Source of the DNA: Candidatus Sericytochromatia bacterium
GTDB lineage: Bacteria > Cyanobacteriota > Sericytochromatia > S15B-MN24 > VGJW01
Direction of reading: 5' to 3'
DNA length: 64,000 nt
Assembly (NCBI GenBank): GCA_035285865.1
Contig: JAYKHS010000011.1
Span: forward strand, 128,172-192,171
This document shows positions 31,984 through 44,015 of this stretch, in pieces (the first letter of the stretch is position 1; every line of letters starts with the position of its first letter). Under the pieces are notes generated by a model. It was not told the origin of the DNA. It searched no databases and saw only the letters and a list, made by a program, of their open reading frames with translations. The position numbers and the translations under genes were made by a program.

Positions 31984-33537
31984 GTGAACCGACTGCCACG
32001 CACCCTCGCCGCCACGCTGGCCCTCGCCGTGACGGGCTGTGGTACCGGCCTCCAGGCCCCGGCCACCCAGCCTGTTGCGGTGCAGGTGCGTACCGAGGCC
32101 CAGTTGCCGCGCTTCGCCCCACCGCCTGCGGCTGATGAGGCCGTGGCGGGCGAGGCCATCGTACGGTTCGGCATCGGTGAAGTCGCCCCGCTGAGTCTGC
32201 CGGGCGCGACCCGCCTGCGCCCGGTGCCCGGGGTCGAGAACGCCTGGGTCTATCGCCTGTCGTCCGGTGCCTATACGGAAGGCACGACCCAGTCGTGGGA
32301 CGCGCTCAAGGCCATCGCCTACGCCGAACCGGTCTACACGTACCACACCATGGCCTATCCCGTGGGCGAGGACCAGACCCTGTACGGGCTCAATGTCATC
32401 CAGGCCCCCAAGGCGTGGGATCGCGTGACGGCAAAGCGCGATGTCATCGTTGCCGTCATCGATACCGGTGTCGACTACAACCACCCGGATCTGGCCGGGG
32501 CCGTCATCAAGGGGCCGGACATCGTGAACGACGATGATGACCCGATGGACGATCAGGGACATGGCACGCACTGTGCCGGTACAATCGGGGCGGCCGCGAA
32601 CGGTGCAGGCATCGTCGGCGTTGCTCATGGTGCGCGAATCCTGGCCATCAAGGTCCTCAATGCGCGTGGTTCGGGTAACAACGTGGACATCGCCGCCGGC
32701 ATCGATGCGGCAGTCAAGGGTGGAGCCAAGGTCATCAGCCTCAGCCTTGGCGGCCCCGAGTCCCGCGCGACCCGGGACGCCATTCGCGCAGCCACCGAGA
32801 AGGGCGTGCTGTGCGTGGCTGCGGCCGGCAACGACAACAGCAAGCGCCCCAGTTTCCCCGGTGCACAGCCGGAAGCGCTCGGGGTGGGGTCGTCCGATTC
32901 CCGCGACCGCAGGTCGACCTTCTCCAATTACGGCGATACGGTCGACATCTCGGCGCCAGGTACCGACATCATGTCCTTGGCCGTGGGCGGCGGATACCGC
33001 AAGCTCTCCGGGACCAGCATGGCGACCCCGCACGTTGCCGGTGCCGCCGCCGTATTGTTGTCCCAGCAGCCAGACCTTGGCGTGGCTCGGCTCCGACAGC
33101 TGCTGGAGACCTCGGGTGACAAGGTCACCGGCTTCACGGAAACTCCCGCCGTCAAGCGCCTGAATCTGGCCAAGGCCCTCGATTCCCTCGATGCTCCGGC
33201 CGTCGAGGTCCCCGGGACGCCCGGCGGCCCGGATGCGCCGGTCGAGGACAGACAGCCCGCGGTGCAAGGTCTCGCCATCGGAACCAAGTCCACGAGCGCA
33301 GTCCTGTCCTGGAAGACGGAGGTTCCCGCCCGTTGCACGGTGACCTATGGCCTCGGTAATGCCTTGGACCACACCGTTGAGGTTGGTTCGGCCTTCACCT
33401 CCGATCACAAGGTCACGATCAAGGACCTGAAGCGCATGAAGACCTACTCCTTCCGTATCGTCACCACCGCCCGGAATGGACAGTCGCTCACGACGCGCAC
33501 CCGGACCTTCAAGACCCGCCTGATCGGATCCCTCTGA
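31984..33537 (+). CDS. S8 family serine peptidase, lipoprotein, with C-terminal FN3-like domain
   Basis: GGAGG plus GTG at 31984, VTGC lipobox. VAVIDTG, HGTHCAG, AAGN, GTSMATPHV; tail TSAVLSWKT..VTYG..HKVTIKDL..TYSFRI. Confidence 0.93.
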   Translation: MNRLPRTLAATLALAVTGCGTGLQAPATQPVAVQVRTEAQLPRFAPPPAADEAVAGEAIVRFGIGEVAPLSLPGATRLRPVPGVENAWVYRLSSGAYTEGTTQSWDALKAIAYAEPVYTYHTMAYPVGEDQTLYGLNVIQAPKAWDRVTAKRDVIVAVIDTGVDYNHPDLAGAVIKGPDIVNDDDDPMDDQGHGTHCAGTIGAAANGAGIVGVAHGARILAIKVLNARGSGNNVDIAAGIDAAVKGGAKVISLSLGGPESRATRDAIRAATEKGVLCVAAAGNDNSKRPSFPGAQPEALGVGSSDSRDRRSTFSNYGDTVDISAPGTDIMSLAVGGGYRKLSGTSMATPHVAGAAAVLLSQQPDLGVARLRQLLETSGDKVTGFTETPAVKRLNLAKALDSLDAPAVEVPGTPGGPDAPVEDRQPAVQGLAIGTKSTSAVLSWKTEVPARCTVTYGLGNALDHTVEVGSAFTSDHKVTIKDLKRMKTYSFRIVTTARNGQSLTTRTRTFKTRLIGSL

Positions 33538-34759
33538 GGTTTCGAAGACGAGCCGAGGCCACCCTTCTGCCCACACCGGCGAGGGTGGCCTCTGCGTTGA
33601 GCAGTCCCGCCCCGTGACGCTCATCCGGCCCGGGCGGGCCCAGGTCCTCGGCACCCCTCCGGAGTGACGTCGCAACTTCCGCGGGGGCCATCCCGGGGGC
33701 GAGGCTTCTGACAAGAGCGGCCACGCCCGCCACGTGGGGCGCAGCCATGCTCGTGCCGGAGAGCGGCCACCACCGACCTCGAGGAAGCGTCGAGAGGATG
33801 CGGGTGCCCGGGGCCACCAGCGTCATCCAGACACCGTAGTTCGAATAGTCTGCCAGTCCATCTCCGGGCGATGTCGCACCGACAGCCAGGACCCCGCGGC
33901 AGGCGGCAGGATAGAAGGCCTGCCAACTGGCGCTGTTGCCCATGGCCGCCACGACGACGCTTCCCTTTGCCAAGGCGTGGTCCACGGAAGCTTGCTTGGC
34001 CAAGGCACCTTCACGGCTGCCGATGCTGAGGTTGATGACGTCCGCACCGAGATCAGCGGCCTTGATGATGCCCTCGCAGACCCGAGCCACGGTCCCTTCC
34101 CCCTGGGCATCCATGACCCGGACCGGGACCAGCGTCACGCCGGGTGCGACACCGGATATGCCCAAGCCATCATCTGCCGTGGCACCGATGATGCCGGCCA
34201 CGTGCGTGCCATGGCCATTGGGGTCGGCGGGGTCGGTATCCCCGTCGACCAAGTCGATACCGGGCCCGAGGCGACCCCGCAGGTCCGGGTGCGTCCCGTC
34301 GACACCCGAGTCCACGACAGCGACCCGGACACCCGGCACCCCGCGCGTCCTTGACCACGCCCTGCGTGCGCCGATGCGGTCAAAGCCCCACTGCTGGCCG
34401 CCCGAACCGTTCTCATCCAGCCACGAAGGCCCCTGCCAAACCGAGGCCGGCGGCAAGACCTCGCGAGCGTTCTGCTCCATCCACCGCGCACCCTCGATCG
34501 CCGGACGCCTGGCCTGCCGCGCACGCACCAGCCAGAGCCCGGCCCCGAGAGGACGACTTGCCTCGAGCGCATCCCCACCGGAGACGGCCTCAGGTCGAGA
34601 CACCGAAACGTCGAGCGCCACGATCCACTCACGGCCCGTGGCAGCGGTCTCGGGCCGGAAACCTGTATCCGGCATCCCGATTTCCGGCAGCGCCGACACG
34701 TTGCCACACGCCGAGAGCAGCAGCGGAAGGGCCACCATCCGCATTCCGATACCAGCCAT
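33509..34759 (-). CDS. S8 family serine peptidase, lipoprotein
   Basis: GGAGGG plus ATG at 34759, LSAC lipobox. VAVVDSG, HGTHVAG, GTSMAAPHV. Confidence 0.92.
   Translation of the reverse strand: MAGIGMRMVALPLLLSACGNVSALPEIGMPDTGFRPETAATGREWIVALDVSVSRPEAVSGGDALEASRPLGAGLWLVRARQARRPAIEGARWMEQNAREVLPPASVWQGPSWLDENGSGGQQWGFDRIGARRAWSRTRGVPGVRVAVVDSGVDGTHPDLRGRLGPGIDLVDGDTDPADPNGHGTHVAGIIGATADDGLGISGVAPGVTLVPVRVMDAQGEGTVARVCEGIIKAADLGADVINLSIGSREGALAKQASVDHALAKGSVVVAAMGNSASWQAFYPAACRGVLAVGATSPGDGLADYSNYGVWMTLVAPGTRILSTLPRGRWWPLSGTSMAAPHVAGVAALVRSLAPGMAPAEVATSLRRGAEDLGPPGPDERHGAGLLNAEATLAGVGRRVASARLRNLRGIRSGGS
33555..33592. terminator. hairpin just after the plus-strand S8 stop, within the 3' end of the convergent S8 gene
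   Basis: GAGGCCACCCT...AGGGTGGCCTC, perfect 11-bp inverted repeat. Confidence 0.55.
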
Positions 34760-34762
34760 TGA

Positions 34763-37512
<2,750 letters not shown>

Positions 37513-37590
37513 TTTTCATCAGAACGGAAGAATACCGGGCTCACGAACACCTGATAACCCGGCAGGGCAGAGGCCCTGTTGGAGCCAAAG

Positions 37591-38193
37591 ATGCCGATCG
37601 TTCCCGTCTCTCGGTCAGGCAACTCCTGCGCAGGTGCCCATCTCGACGCGCCAGGGCGCGAACCGGATGCGCCCGTCGGCAAGCAGCCACCTGACCACTG
37701 GGATGGCTTGCAACGCGCACGGACCGCCTCGAACGCGAAGGATCTGCTGGACATCCTCGTCACGCACCCCGGACACCGCGCGTTGCTGCGGCGACATGGC
37801 ATCACGTCGCCCGGCGCGATTCTTGCCTGGGCCGAACAACCGTGGAGGCGAGCAGCATTGACGCTGTGGAGCGGTCTGCCCGACACGAGCCTCGAGGCCT
37901 ACGGCAGGCGCTTCGACCTCATGCAGGTCTCCGGTCTGACTGCCGACGAAGCAAGATTGCTGCACGAAGTCGGCATCGAAAGTCCGGAGCAGCTCGCCTC
38001 GCTCGAAGGAATCAGGGCCGACGATGGCGCGGTCCTGAGCCGGCTGACAAGCAGGATGGGTCTCGTGCGTGACCGCATCCGGAATCAGGATGGGCTCTGC
38101 CTGAACGTCCCGGACGAGGCCCGACTGGGCGCGCTGGCCGTTGCTGCGGCAGGCATCCGGGGGCGTATCCGGGTGCGCGACCGGTCGCGCTGA
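37591..38193 (+). CDS. DUF4332-like protein
   Basis: LRRHGITSP..DLMQVSGL..ARLLHEVGIESPEQLA pattern. GGAG plus ATG. Confidence 0.6.
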   Translation: MPIVPVSRSGNSCAGAHLDAPGREPDAPVGKQPPDHWDGLQRARTASNAKDLLDILVTHPGHRALLRRHGITSPGAILAWAEQPWRRAALTLWSGLPDTSLEAYGRRFDLMQVSGLTADEARLLHEVGIESPEQLASLEGIRADDGAVLSRLTSRMGLVRDRIRNQDGLCLNVPDEARLGALAVAAAGIRGRIRVRDRSR

Positions 38194-38724
38194 TCAGGTA
38201 TCCGAGAGCCGGAGCAGGCGTTCCGGCTGATTGGACTCGAAGTGCAGGTGCGGTCCCGTCGTCCACGCACCCGTATTGCCGCAGGTGCCGACGACATCCC
38301 CCCGCTTGTAGGGGCCGGCGACCTTGGTCGACTGCAGGTGGGCGTAGCTTGTCTCGAGACCATCGGCAGCGCGCAGCACGAAGACGTTGCCGTGGGTGTG
38401 ACTCCGCATGCTGCGCCCCTGCCCGTCGTGTGCAGCGCGCACGGGGGTGCCTTCGAAACACGCGATGTCAAGCGCCGGATGCCCCGGCTGGACCCCTCGG
38501 GTCACGACCCCTGCCATCGGTCGCAGCAGCGGTTGCGGACCTGGCGGGGTCTGACGGGGCACGACCCGACGCGGGGCCATGGCGCGCGGGACGCCGGAAA
38601 GCTTCTGCAGCACGGTTTTCGGGGAACCTCTCGGGACGGGATAAAGAACCATCGCCCGAAGCACCGGCAGGACAGACCAAGAAAAGACCAAGAAAGGACC
38701 AAGAATCAGGAAATACGACCCCAC
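38194..38724 (-). CDS. M23 family metallopeptidase (compact)
   Basis: HPALD (HxxxD), GTPVRAAHDG, YAHL, GNTG..TGPHLHFE. Start uncertain. Confidence 0.85.
   Translation of the reverse strand: MGSYFLILGPFLVFSWSVLPVLRAMVLYPVPRGSPKTVLQKLSGVPRAMAPRRVVPRQTPPGPQPLLRPMAGVVTRGVQPGHPALDIACFEGTPVRAAHDGQGRSMRSHTHGNVFVLRAADGLETSYAHLQSTKVAGPYKRGDVVGTCGNTGAWTTGPHLHFESNQPERLLRLSDT
38675..38705. repeat. 11-bp-period tandem repeat, GACCAAGAA x3
   Basis: gaccaagaaaa-gaccaagaaag-gaccaagaa read directly. Confidence 0.85.
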
Positions 38725-38728
38725 CCGA

Positions 38729-39004
38729 TCACCGGGATGCGCTCAGCCATGCAAGCACTGCGAGCGCGAGCAGGACGAACGTCAGGCGCATGGCCCCACC
38801 CTGTCGTCGCTGGCCCGATTTCCACGCCGAGCGGGTGGACCAGGACACGCCTGTGCCCGGGACGCCGAGGCTGGTGCGCACGCCCTCCTCGTCGACCGTC
38901 ACCCGTGCGCCCCGCCTCCCGAAGGACAGGGATGGCCTGCCCATGCCGAGGTTCAGGCTGATCCCCGGCAACAGACGGACGGACTTGCGGAATCTCCAGC
39001 CCAT
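38729..39004 (-). CDS. DUF4236 domain protein with C-terminal TM helix
   Basis: MGWRFRKSVRLLPGISLNL..SLSFG..GART-like..SLGVPGTGVSW signature. Confidence 0.85.
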   Translation of the reverse strand: MGWRFRKSVRLLPGISLNLGMGRPSLSFGRRGARVTVDEEGVRTSLGVPGTGVSWSTRSAWKSGQRRQGGAMRLTFVLLALAVLAWLSASR

Positions 39005-39061
39005 GGTCCTCACCCCCGAGGTACTCATGCCCGGACCATGCAACGAAGCAGCCGAATTGCG

Positions 39062-39544
39062 TCAATCTTCGCGTTCTCGACTGCGATGGCCGCGGGTCTG
39101 TTCTGCTGCCCCGGGCCGATGAACCAGTTCGCCGCCGGATGCACCGGTCCGGATGGCGAAAATCAGGCCTGCACCGGAACTGACAACGGAGGCCAAGGCC
39201 AGCCACGGACCGGCAGGGCTCGCATGCAGACAGAGCGCAGCCCCGCCCAGCAACGCGGCGCCAGCGGTCGCTCGAACAAAGGTTTCAGCCATCTCCTCGT
39301 GCCCTTCGATCGCCTCCTCAGGAAAACGATCCTCGAGGCGTTGCTCTTCTGCCTCTCCCGTGCTCATGGCCACGACACCACCGACCAGAGCCAGAACCTG
39401 CAAGAGAAAGACCAGCGCCCAGGCACGAGAAGGCAGCCATTGCCGCCTCCATGACGCCAGCACCACGGCGCCGAAGATTGGCAGGATGACGCACAGGCCA
39501 AGCGGCAGATGCACGGCCTGGGGATGACTCAAGGGCAGGTCCAT
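39062..39544 (-). CDS. DUF2231-like membrane protein
   Basis: HPQAVHLP N-terminal motif, about four TMs, TGASGGELVH. Confidence 0.7.
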   Translation of the reverse strand: MDLPLSHPQAVHLPLGLCVILPIFGAVVLASWRRQWLPSRAWALVFLLQVLALVGGVVAMSTGEAEEQRLEDRFPEEAIEGHEEMAETFVRATAGAALLGGAALCLHASPAGPWLALASVVSSGAGLIFAIRTGASGGELVHRPGAAEQTRGHRSRERED

Positions 39545-39643
39545 GACCCGGATGGTAAGGCAACGGGTCAGGGGGTGATCCCGTGGGGATCCGCCGGACT
39601 TCCTTGGCAGCGCGGCCCTGCCCGTGGCCTCCCCAAAGCATCG

Positions 39644-39670
39644 TCCCCCCGCCTGACGGAGGCGAGGGGA
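39644..39670 (-). terminator. hairpin just downstream of tRNA-Pro
   Basis: TCCCC-C-CGCCT-GACGG-AGGCG-A-GGGGA; weak U-tract. Confidence 0.4.
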
Positions 39671-39677
39671 GATCCAG

Positions 39678-39751
<74 letters not shown>

Positions 39752-39762
39752 AACAGAGGAAG

Positions 39763-39771
39763 ACTATAGCA
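39763..39771 (-). promoter_or_regulatory. extended -10 promoter of tRNA-Pro
   Basis: TG-C-TATAGT, 11 nt upstream of the tRNA. Confidence 0.6.
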
Positions 39772-39823
39772 GGCTCCGGCAGGCTGGTCCATAGCCGGCA
39801 GTACGGAACCCGGGCCCGCTCAA

Positions 39824-40282
39824 TCAGACCAGCAAGTCAAGGATCAGCCCACGGATGGCATCAAGCCGCGCAGCCAGATCCACCACCCCCGCCTGGCTCT
39901 TCAGGACATCCTCGGACAACTGCTCGAGGTCGTGATCGAGGGTGCGCAGAATGGCCAGCGTCCGATTGCGCCTGTCCGTATGCTGATCGACACGCCCGAG
40001 GCGCTCGTGCACCCGTTTGATGAAGCGCCGCACCAACTCGCGATAGGCAGCCAGCTCCCCCATCGAGGGCCGTTCCATCAGGCGCCGGGCCTGTCGCTCG
40101 ATCTCGGAGACCAGATCCTCGGCGCTGCCGGGAACGTGAATGGCCCTCGGCACGGCCGCAAGCTGGTCCTGAAAGCTGGACGGCCCGACCCCGAGGACCT
40201 CACGCGGCGCAGCGGGGCGATCCTGCCTCAAGGGCGATGCGGAACCGCGACCTTCCTGGCCAACCTTGAGGTCCATGGCCAC
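39824..40282 (-). CDS. YaaR (DUF327) family protein
   Basis: YRELVRRFI and C-terminal LDAIRGLILDLLV. Confidence 0.8.
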   Translation of the reverse strand: MAMDLKVGQEGRGSASPLRQDRPAAPREVLGVGPSSFQDQLAAVPRAIHVPGSAEDLVSEIERQARRLMERPSMGELAAYRELVRRFIKRVHERLGRVDQHTDRRNRTLAILRTLDHDLEQLSEDVLKSQAGVVDLAARLDAIRGLILDLLV

Positions 40283-40338
40283 ATCCTACCCGCGAAGCGC
40301 CGGGGTCGCCGTGTTACGCTGAAATCACTCCTGTTGCG

Positions 40339-42264
40339 ATGAGCCAGCTTTTCCTCCACGACACCCTTCTGGACGGTCTCAATCCCGCCCAACTTCAGGC
40401 CGTGACGACCCTGAACGGCCCGGTGCTGGTCATCGCGGCCCCCGGTTCGGGAAAAACCAGCGTCCTGACGCGCCGCATCGCCCGCATGGTGAGGCAAGGC
40501 ATCGCACCCGAGGCCATCCTCGCCGTCACCTTCACGCGCAAGGCAGCAGGCGAGATGGCGGAGCGCGTATCCCTCCTGCTCGGCGACAAGGACAGCCAGA
40601 CCAAACTCACCATCGCCACCTTCAACAGCCTGGGCATGAAGCTGATCCAGCAACATCATGCGGCGCTGGGTTTCGCGCGACCGCCCCGCCTGTTGGTCGA
40701 GCAGGGCCAGCGGATGGTCATCGACCTAGTCCGACGAGAGCTCAAGGCCGACGTGTCCGCCCAGGACGTCGCGGCGTTCATCTCTTGGAACAAGAGCCGT
40801 CTGGTGGCCCCCGACCAGGTTCGCAGCGTGAGTGCCGACCCCAAGGATGCCGTGCTGGCCAAAGCCTACGCGAAGTACGATGATTGGCTCAAGACCCGAT
40901 GCACCTATGACTTCGACGATCAGATCGTCCTGCCGGTTCGCCTGCTGGAGAAGCATCCGGAGATCCGTGCTTCCGTGAACGCGACGTGGACCCATCTGCT
41001 CATCGACGAGTTTCAGGACACCAACAAGGCTCAGTATCGCCTCGCGCGGCTTCTGGCCGGCGAGGCGATGAACCTCTTCGCGGTTGGCGACGACGCCCAA
41101 GGCATCTATGGATTCCGCGCCGCGGAGTTGGACAACCTGCTGGGCTTCGACCGCGATTTCCCGGGCACGATCCGCATCATGATGGAGCAGAACTATCGGT
41201 CCACGCCCCAGATTCTCGATCTGGCCAATCAATTGATTCGGCACAACAGCAAGCAGATCGAGAAGACCATCCGGGCCGTCAAGCCGCCCGGAGAACCGTG
41301 GGAGCAGTGCATCTGTCCGGACTCCTTCCAGGAGGCGGACTGGATCGTTGGCCGTATCCAGGCCCTTGCCGCCAAGGGCCATCCCCTTGACGAGATCGCA
41401 GTGCTCTACCGGACGCACGCTCAGGCGGGCTTGCTCATCGAGCAGCTCGATCAGGCGAAGATTCCCTACTCGGCCAAGCGCAGCGGCAGTTTCCTCGAGC
41501 ACCCCGGCCTGCAGGAACTGTTGGGTTATCTGCGGCTGGTTCCGCCGTCAAGCAGCATGGCTGAACTCGGACTCGAGGCCCTGCTCAAGCGTCGTGGTGC
41601 GATGGCCGAGACGGTCTCGGCCCTGTCCGGCACCGCGCGCATGCGCAAGAAGGCCCTGCTCGACGTCTGCCGCGATGCCCGGAACTGCCCGCTTCCCACC
41701 CTTGCGCAGCAGCAGACGGTCCTGCAGACGGTGGCGATGATCGACGGCTGGCGTCGTTTCAAGGGACCGGTGGACGCGCTCATCCTGCAGGTGCTCAAGG
41801 ACACCGGCCTGCGCGGACAGCTGGAGAATAGCCGGAAGGAAGAGGCCCGCCAGAAACTGGACGTGTTGTCGACCTTCCACGCGATTGCCCAGCGCTGGGC
41901 TTGTCGGACGGTCGGCGAGTTGCTGCGCCGTGTGGATGACAGCCTGAAGCCCCGCAAGCCCAAAGGGCGACAGAAAGCCGTCCAGCTGGTGACCATCCAC
42001 GCGGCCAAAGGCCTCGAGTGGGAAACCGTCTTCCTGATGGGCCTCGAGGAAGAGACGCTCCCGTACCAACTCGCCATCGAGGAAGGCGGGATCGCCGAAG
42101 AACGACGCCTCTGCTACGTTGCCGTCACACGCGCCAAGTCCCGGCTGCTGCTCAGCTACAGCAACCAGCGCATTCGCTTCGGTCACCGAAGGGATGCCAT
42201 GCCCTCGCGCTTCCTGCGCGAGATGGGGGCCGGCACCACCGCACCGGAGGTTCGCCAGGGATGA
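40339..42264 (+). CDS. UvrD/PcrA/Rep family ATP-dependent DNA helicase
   Basis: LNPAQ, APGSGKT, TFTRKAA, DEFQDTN, VGDDAQGIYGFR, NYRST, TIHAAKGLEW, EERRLCYVAVTRA. Confidence 0.95.
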   Translation: MSQLFLHDTLLDGLNPAQLQAVTTLNGPVLVIAAPGSGKTSVLTRRIARMVRQGIAPEAILAVTFTRKAAGEMAERVSLLLGDKDSQTKLTIATFNSLGMKLIQQHHAALGFARPPRLLVEQGQRMVIDLVRRELKADVSAQDVAAFISWNKSRLVAPDQVRSVSADPKDAVLAKAYAKYDDWLKTRCTYDFDDQIVLPVRLLEKHPEIRASVNATWTHLLIDEFQDTNKAQYRLARLLAGEAMNLFAVGDDAQGIYGFRAAELDNLLGFDRDFPGTIRIMMEQNYRSTPQILDLANQLIRHNSKQIEKTIRAVKPPGEPWEQCICPDSFQEADWIVGRIQALAAKGHPLDEIAVLYRTHAQAGLLIEQLDQAKIPYSAKRSGSFLEHPGLQELLGYLRLVPPSSSMAELGLEALLKRRGAMAETVSALSGTARMRKKALLDVCRDARNCPLPTLAQQQTVLQTVAMIDGWRRFKGPVDALILQVLKDTGLRGQLENSRKEEARQKLDVLSTFHAIAQRWACRTVGELLRRVDDSLKPRKPKGRQKAVQLVTIHAAKGLEWETVFLMGLEEETLPYQLAIEEGGIAEERRLCYVAVTRAKSRLLLSYSNQRIRFGHRRDAMPSRFLREMGAGTTAPEVRQG

Positions 42265-43292
42265 CCCTGCTCATCGACATCGCGGCACTGGTGGCGCTGA
42301 TTGCCATCATCATCTGGTTCTGCGAGCTGTTCACCAACGCGATCGAATGGACCGGCAAGAAGCTGGGCCTGAACGAAGGCGCGGTGGGCAGCGTGCTCGC
42401 AGCCGTTGGAACCGCGCTCCCTGAGACCGTGGTTCCGCTCATCGCGCTCATCGGGGGATGGCTGGCGGGACATGAGGCCGGTGGTGCCGTGGCGGAAGGG
42501 GCCATCGTGGGCGCCCCCTTCATGCTCGCGACGCTCGCCATGTTCGTCACCGGCGTGGCCGTCATCGTCTTCACCCGCAGGGGACGACGCACCGAGGTCA
42601 TCGCCGTCAACGGCAGGGTCCTCGGACGTGATCTGACGACATTCCTCGTGACCTTCATCGCGGCCATCGGAGTCTCGTTCCTGCCCGATCTCCACATCGG
42701 CCCCGTCACGCTCAAGCAGTTGGCCGGCCTGCCGTTCCTGGCAGCCTACGGTTTCTACGTGGCGCGAACACTGGCCGACGAGGGCGAGATGGAAGGCGAC
42801 ATCCACCCGCTGACTTTCGACGGCAAGCGGGCCGAGCCACGAGGTGGCATCGTCGCGCTGCAAGTCGCCGTGGCCTTGCTGGGCATCGTGGGCACGGCGC
42901 ATTTCTTCGTCGAACGCCTGCAGCACCTCGCCGAGATCGTCCATCTGAATCCGCTGATCCTGTCGCTGCTGATTACGCCCATCGCGACGGAACTTCCCGA
43001 AAAGCTCAACAGTGTCCTCTGGATCGGGGCCCGCAAGGACACCCTCGCGCTGGGCAACCTGACCGGGGCGATGGTGTTCCAGACCTGCATCCCGATGGCC
43101 GTTGGGATGATGCTGACACCATGGATCCTGAGCCCCTCGTCGCTGCTCGCGGCAGGCCTGACGGTACTCGCTTCCGGCCTCATGATCATCCAGTTGCGCG
43201 TGCGCGGTGAACTGACGCCGACAGTACTCCTGGCCGGTGGCTTCTTCTATGCGCTCTTCACCGTGGGCCTGTTTGCATTCCGCCTATGGTAA
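42261..43292 (+). CDS. sodium:calcium antiporter (CaCA family)
   Basis: Alpha repeats GTALPET and ATELPEK; many TMs. ATGA overlap with the helicase. Confidence 0.88.
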   Translation: MTLLIDIAALVALIAIIIWFCELFTNAIEWTGKKLGLNEGAVGSVLAAVGTALPETVVPLIALIGGWLAGHEAGGAVAEGAIVGAPFMLATLAMFVTGVAVIVFTRRGRRTEVIAVNGRVLGRDLTTFLVTFIAAIGVSFLPDLHIGPVTLKQLAGLPFLAAYGFYVARTLADEGEMEGDIHPLTFDGKRAEPRGGIVALQVAVALLGIVGTAHFFVERLQHLAEIVHLNPLILSLLITPIATELPEKLNSVLWIGARKDTLALGNLTGAMVFQTCIPMAVGMMLTPWILSPSSLLAAGLTVLASGLMIIQLRVRGELTPTVLLAGGFFYALFTVGLFAFRLW

Positions 43293-43303
43293 GTCCGGCT
43301 GCG

Positions 43304-43312
43304 TGCTAGCAT
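43304..43312 (+). promoter_or_regulatory. extended -10 promoter of tRNA-Ser
   Basis: TG-C-TAGCAT, 9 nt upstream of the tRNA. Confidence 0.5.
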
Positions 43313-43321
43313 GGCGGCCCC

Positions 43322-43406
43322 GGAGGAGTGGCGGAGCGGTCGATCGCGCCGGTCTTGAAAACCGGAGATGGGTAACCATCCGTGGGTTCGAATCCCACCT
43401 CCTCCG
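43322..43406 (+). tRNA. tRNA-Ser (TGA)
   Basis: GGAGGAG/CTCCTCC acceptor, CCGGT-CTTGAAA-ACCGG anticodon arm, long variable arm, G discriminator; followed by CCT. Confidence 0.95.
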
Positions 43407-43430
43407 CCTCACCTTCATCGAGGAACGCAC

Positions 43431-43997
43431 TTGCCTTTCACCTTCGAGAATATGGCCTTGCCAGGCGTCGTCCTCGCAAGGGCGCGCACGTTCGCAGACA
43501 GCAGGGGGTACTTCCGCGAGACCTTCAAGGCTTCCGACTTCGCAAACGCCGGCGTGCCGGAGACCTTCCTACAGGACAATCTGTCCTTCTCGCGGCGGGG
43601 CACGGTTCGCGGCCTGCACTACCAGGTGGCTCCGCACGCACAAGGGAAGCTCGTCCAGTGCGTGGTCGGCAGGATTTGGGACGTGGCGGTCGACATCCGA
43701 CCTGGCAGCCCGACCTTCGGTCAGTGGGTGGCGGCCGAACTCACGGAAGAGGGCGGCGAGGCGCTCTACATTCCGGAGGACTATGCACATGGCTTCCAGG
43801 TCCTGAGCGAAACCGCCCTCGTCGCCTACAAGTGCACCCGCGAGTTCCACGGGCCATCTGAGGGCAGCATCCGCTGGAACGATCCCGACCTCGCCATTGC
43901 GTGGCCGTTGCCTGACGAGGCTATCCTCTCGGATCGTGACGGCAACAGCCCCTTCCTTCAGGACCGCGTTCTCGCCTCCGCTTCACCGACTGCCTGA
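43431..43997 (+). CDS. rfbC: dTDP-4-dehydrorhamnose 3,5-epimerase
   Basis: DSRGYFRE, QDNLS.S.RGTVRGLHYQ, DVAVDIRPGSPTFG, AHGF, IRWNDP. GAGG plus TTG. Confidence 0.95.
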   Translation: MPFTFENMALPGVVLARARTFADSRGYFRETFKASDFANAGVPETFLQDNLSFSRRGTVRGLHYQVAPHAQGKLVQCVVGRIWDVAVDIRPGSPTFGQWVAAELTEEGGEALYIPEDYAHGFQVLSETALVAYKCTREFHGPSEGSIRWNDPDLAIAWPLPDEAILSDRDGNSPFLQDRVLASASPTA

Positions 43998-44015
43998 AGG
44001 CAGCAGGAAAAGCTC

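Noticed and set aside
30919..33714. 931-aa minus-strand ORF as a single giant protein
   Set aside because: The upstream two thirds is antisense to the S8 peptidase. Only the part from about 31809, with RBS and lipobox, looks real.
40339..42264. Helicase as part of an anti-phage defence system
   Set aside because: Neighbours are yaaR-like and an antiporter; no nuclease or other defence partner is adjacent.
43322..43406. Selenocysteine or opal-suppressor tRNA because of the TGA triplet
   Set aside because: Anticodon TGA reads UCA (Ser). A Sec tRNA would have anticodon TCA and an extended acceptor stem.
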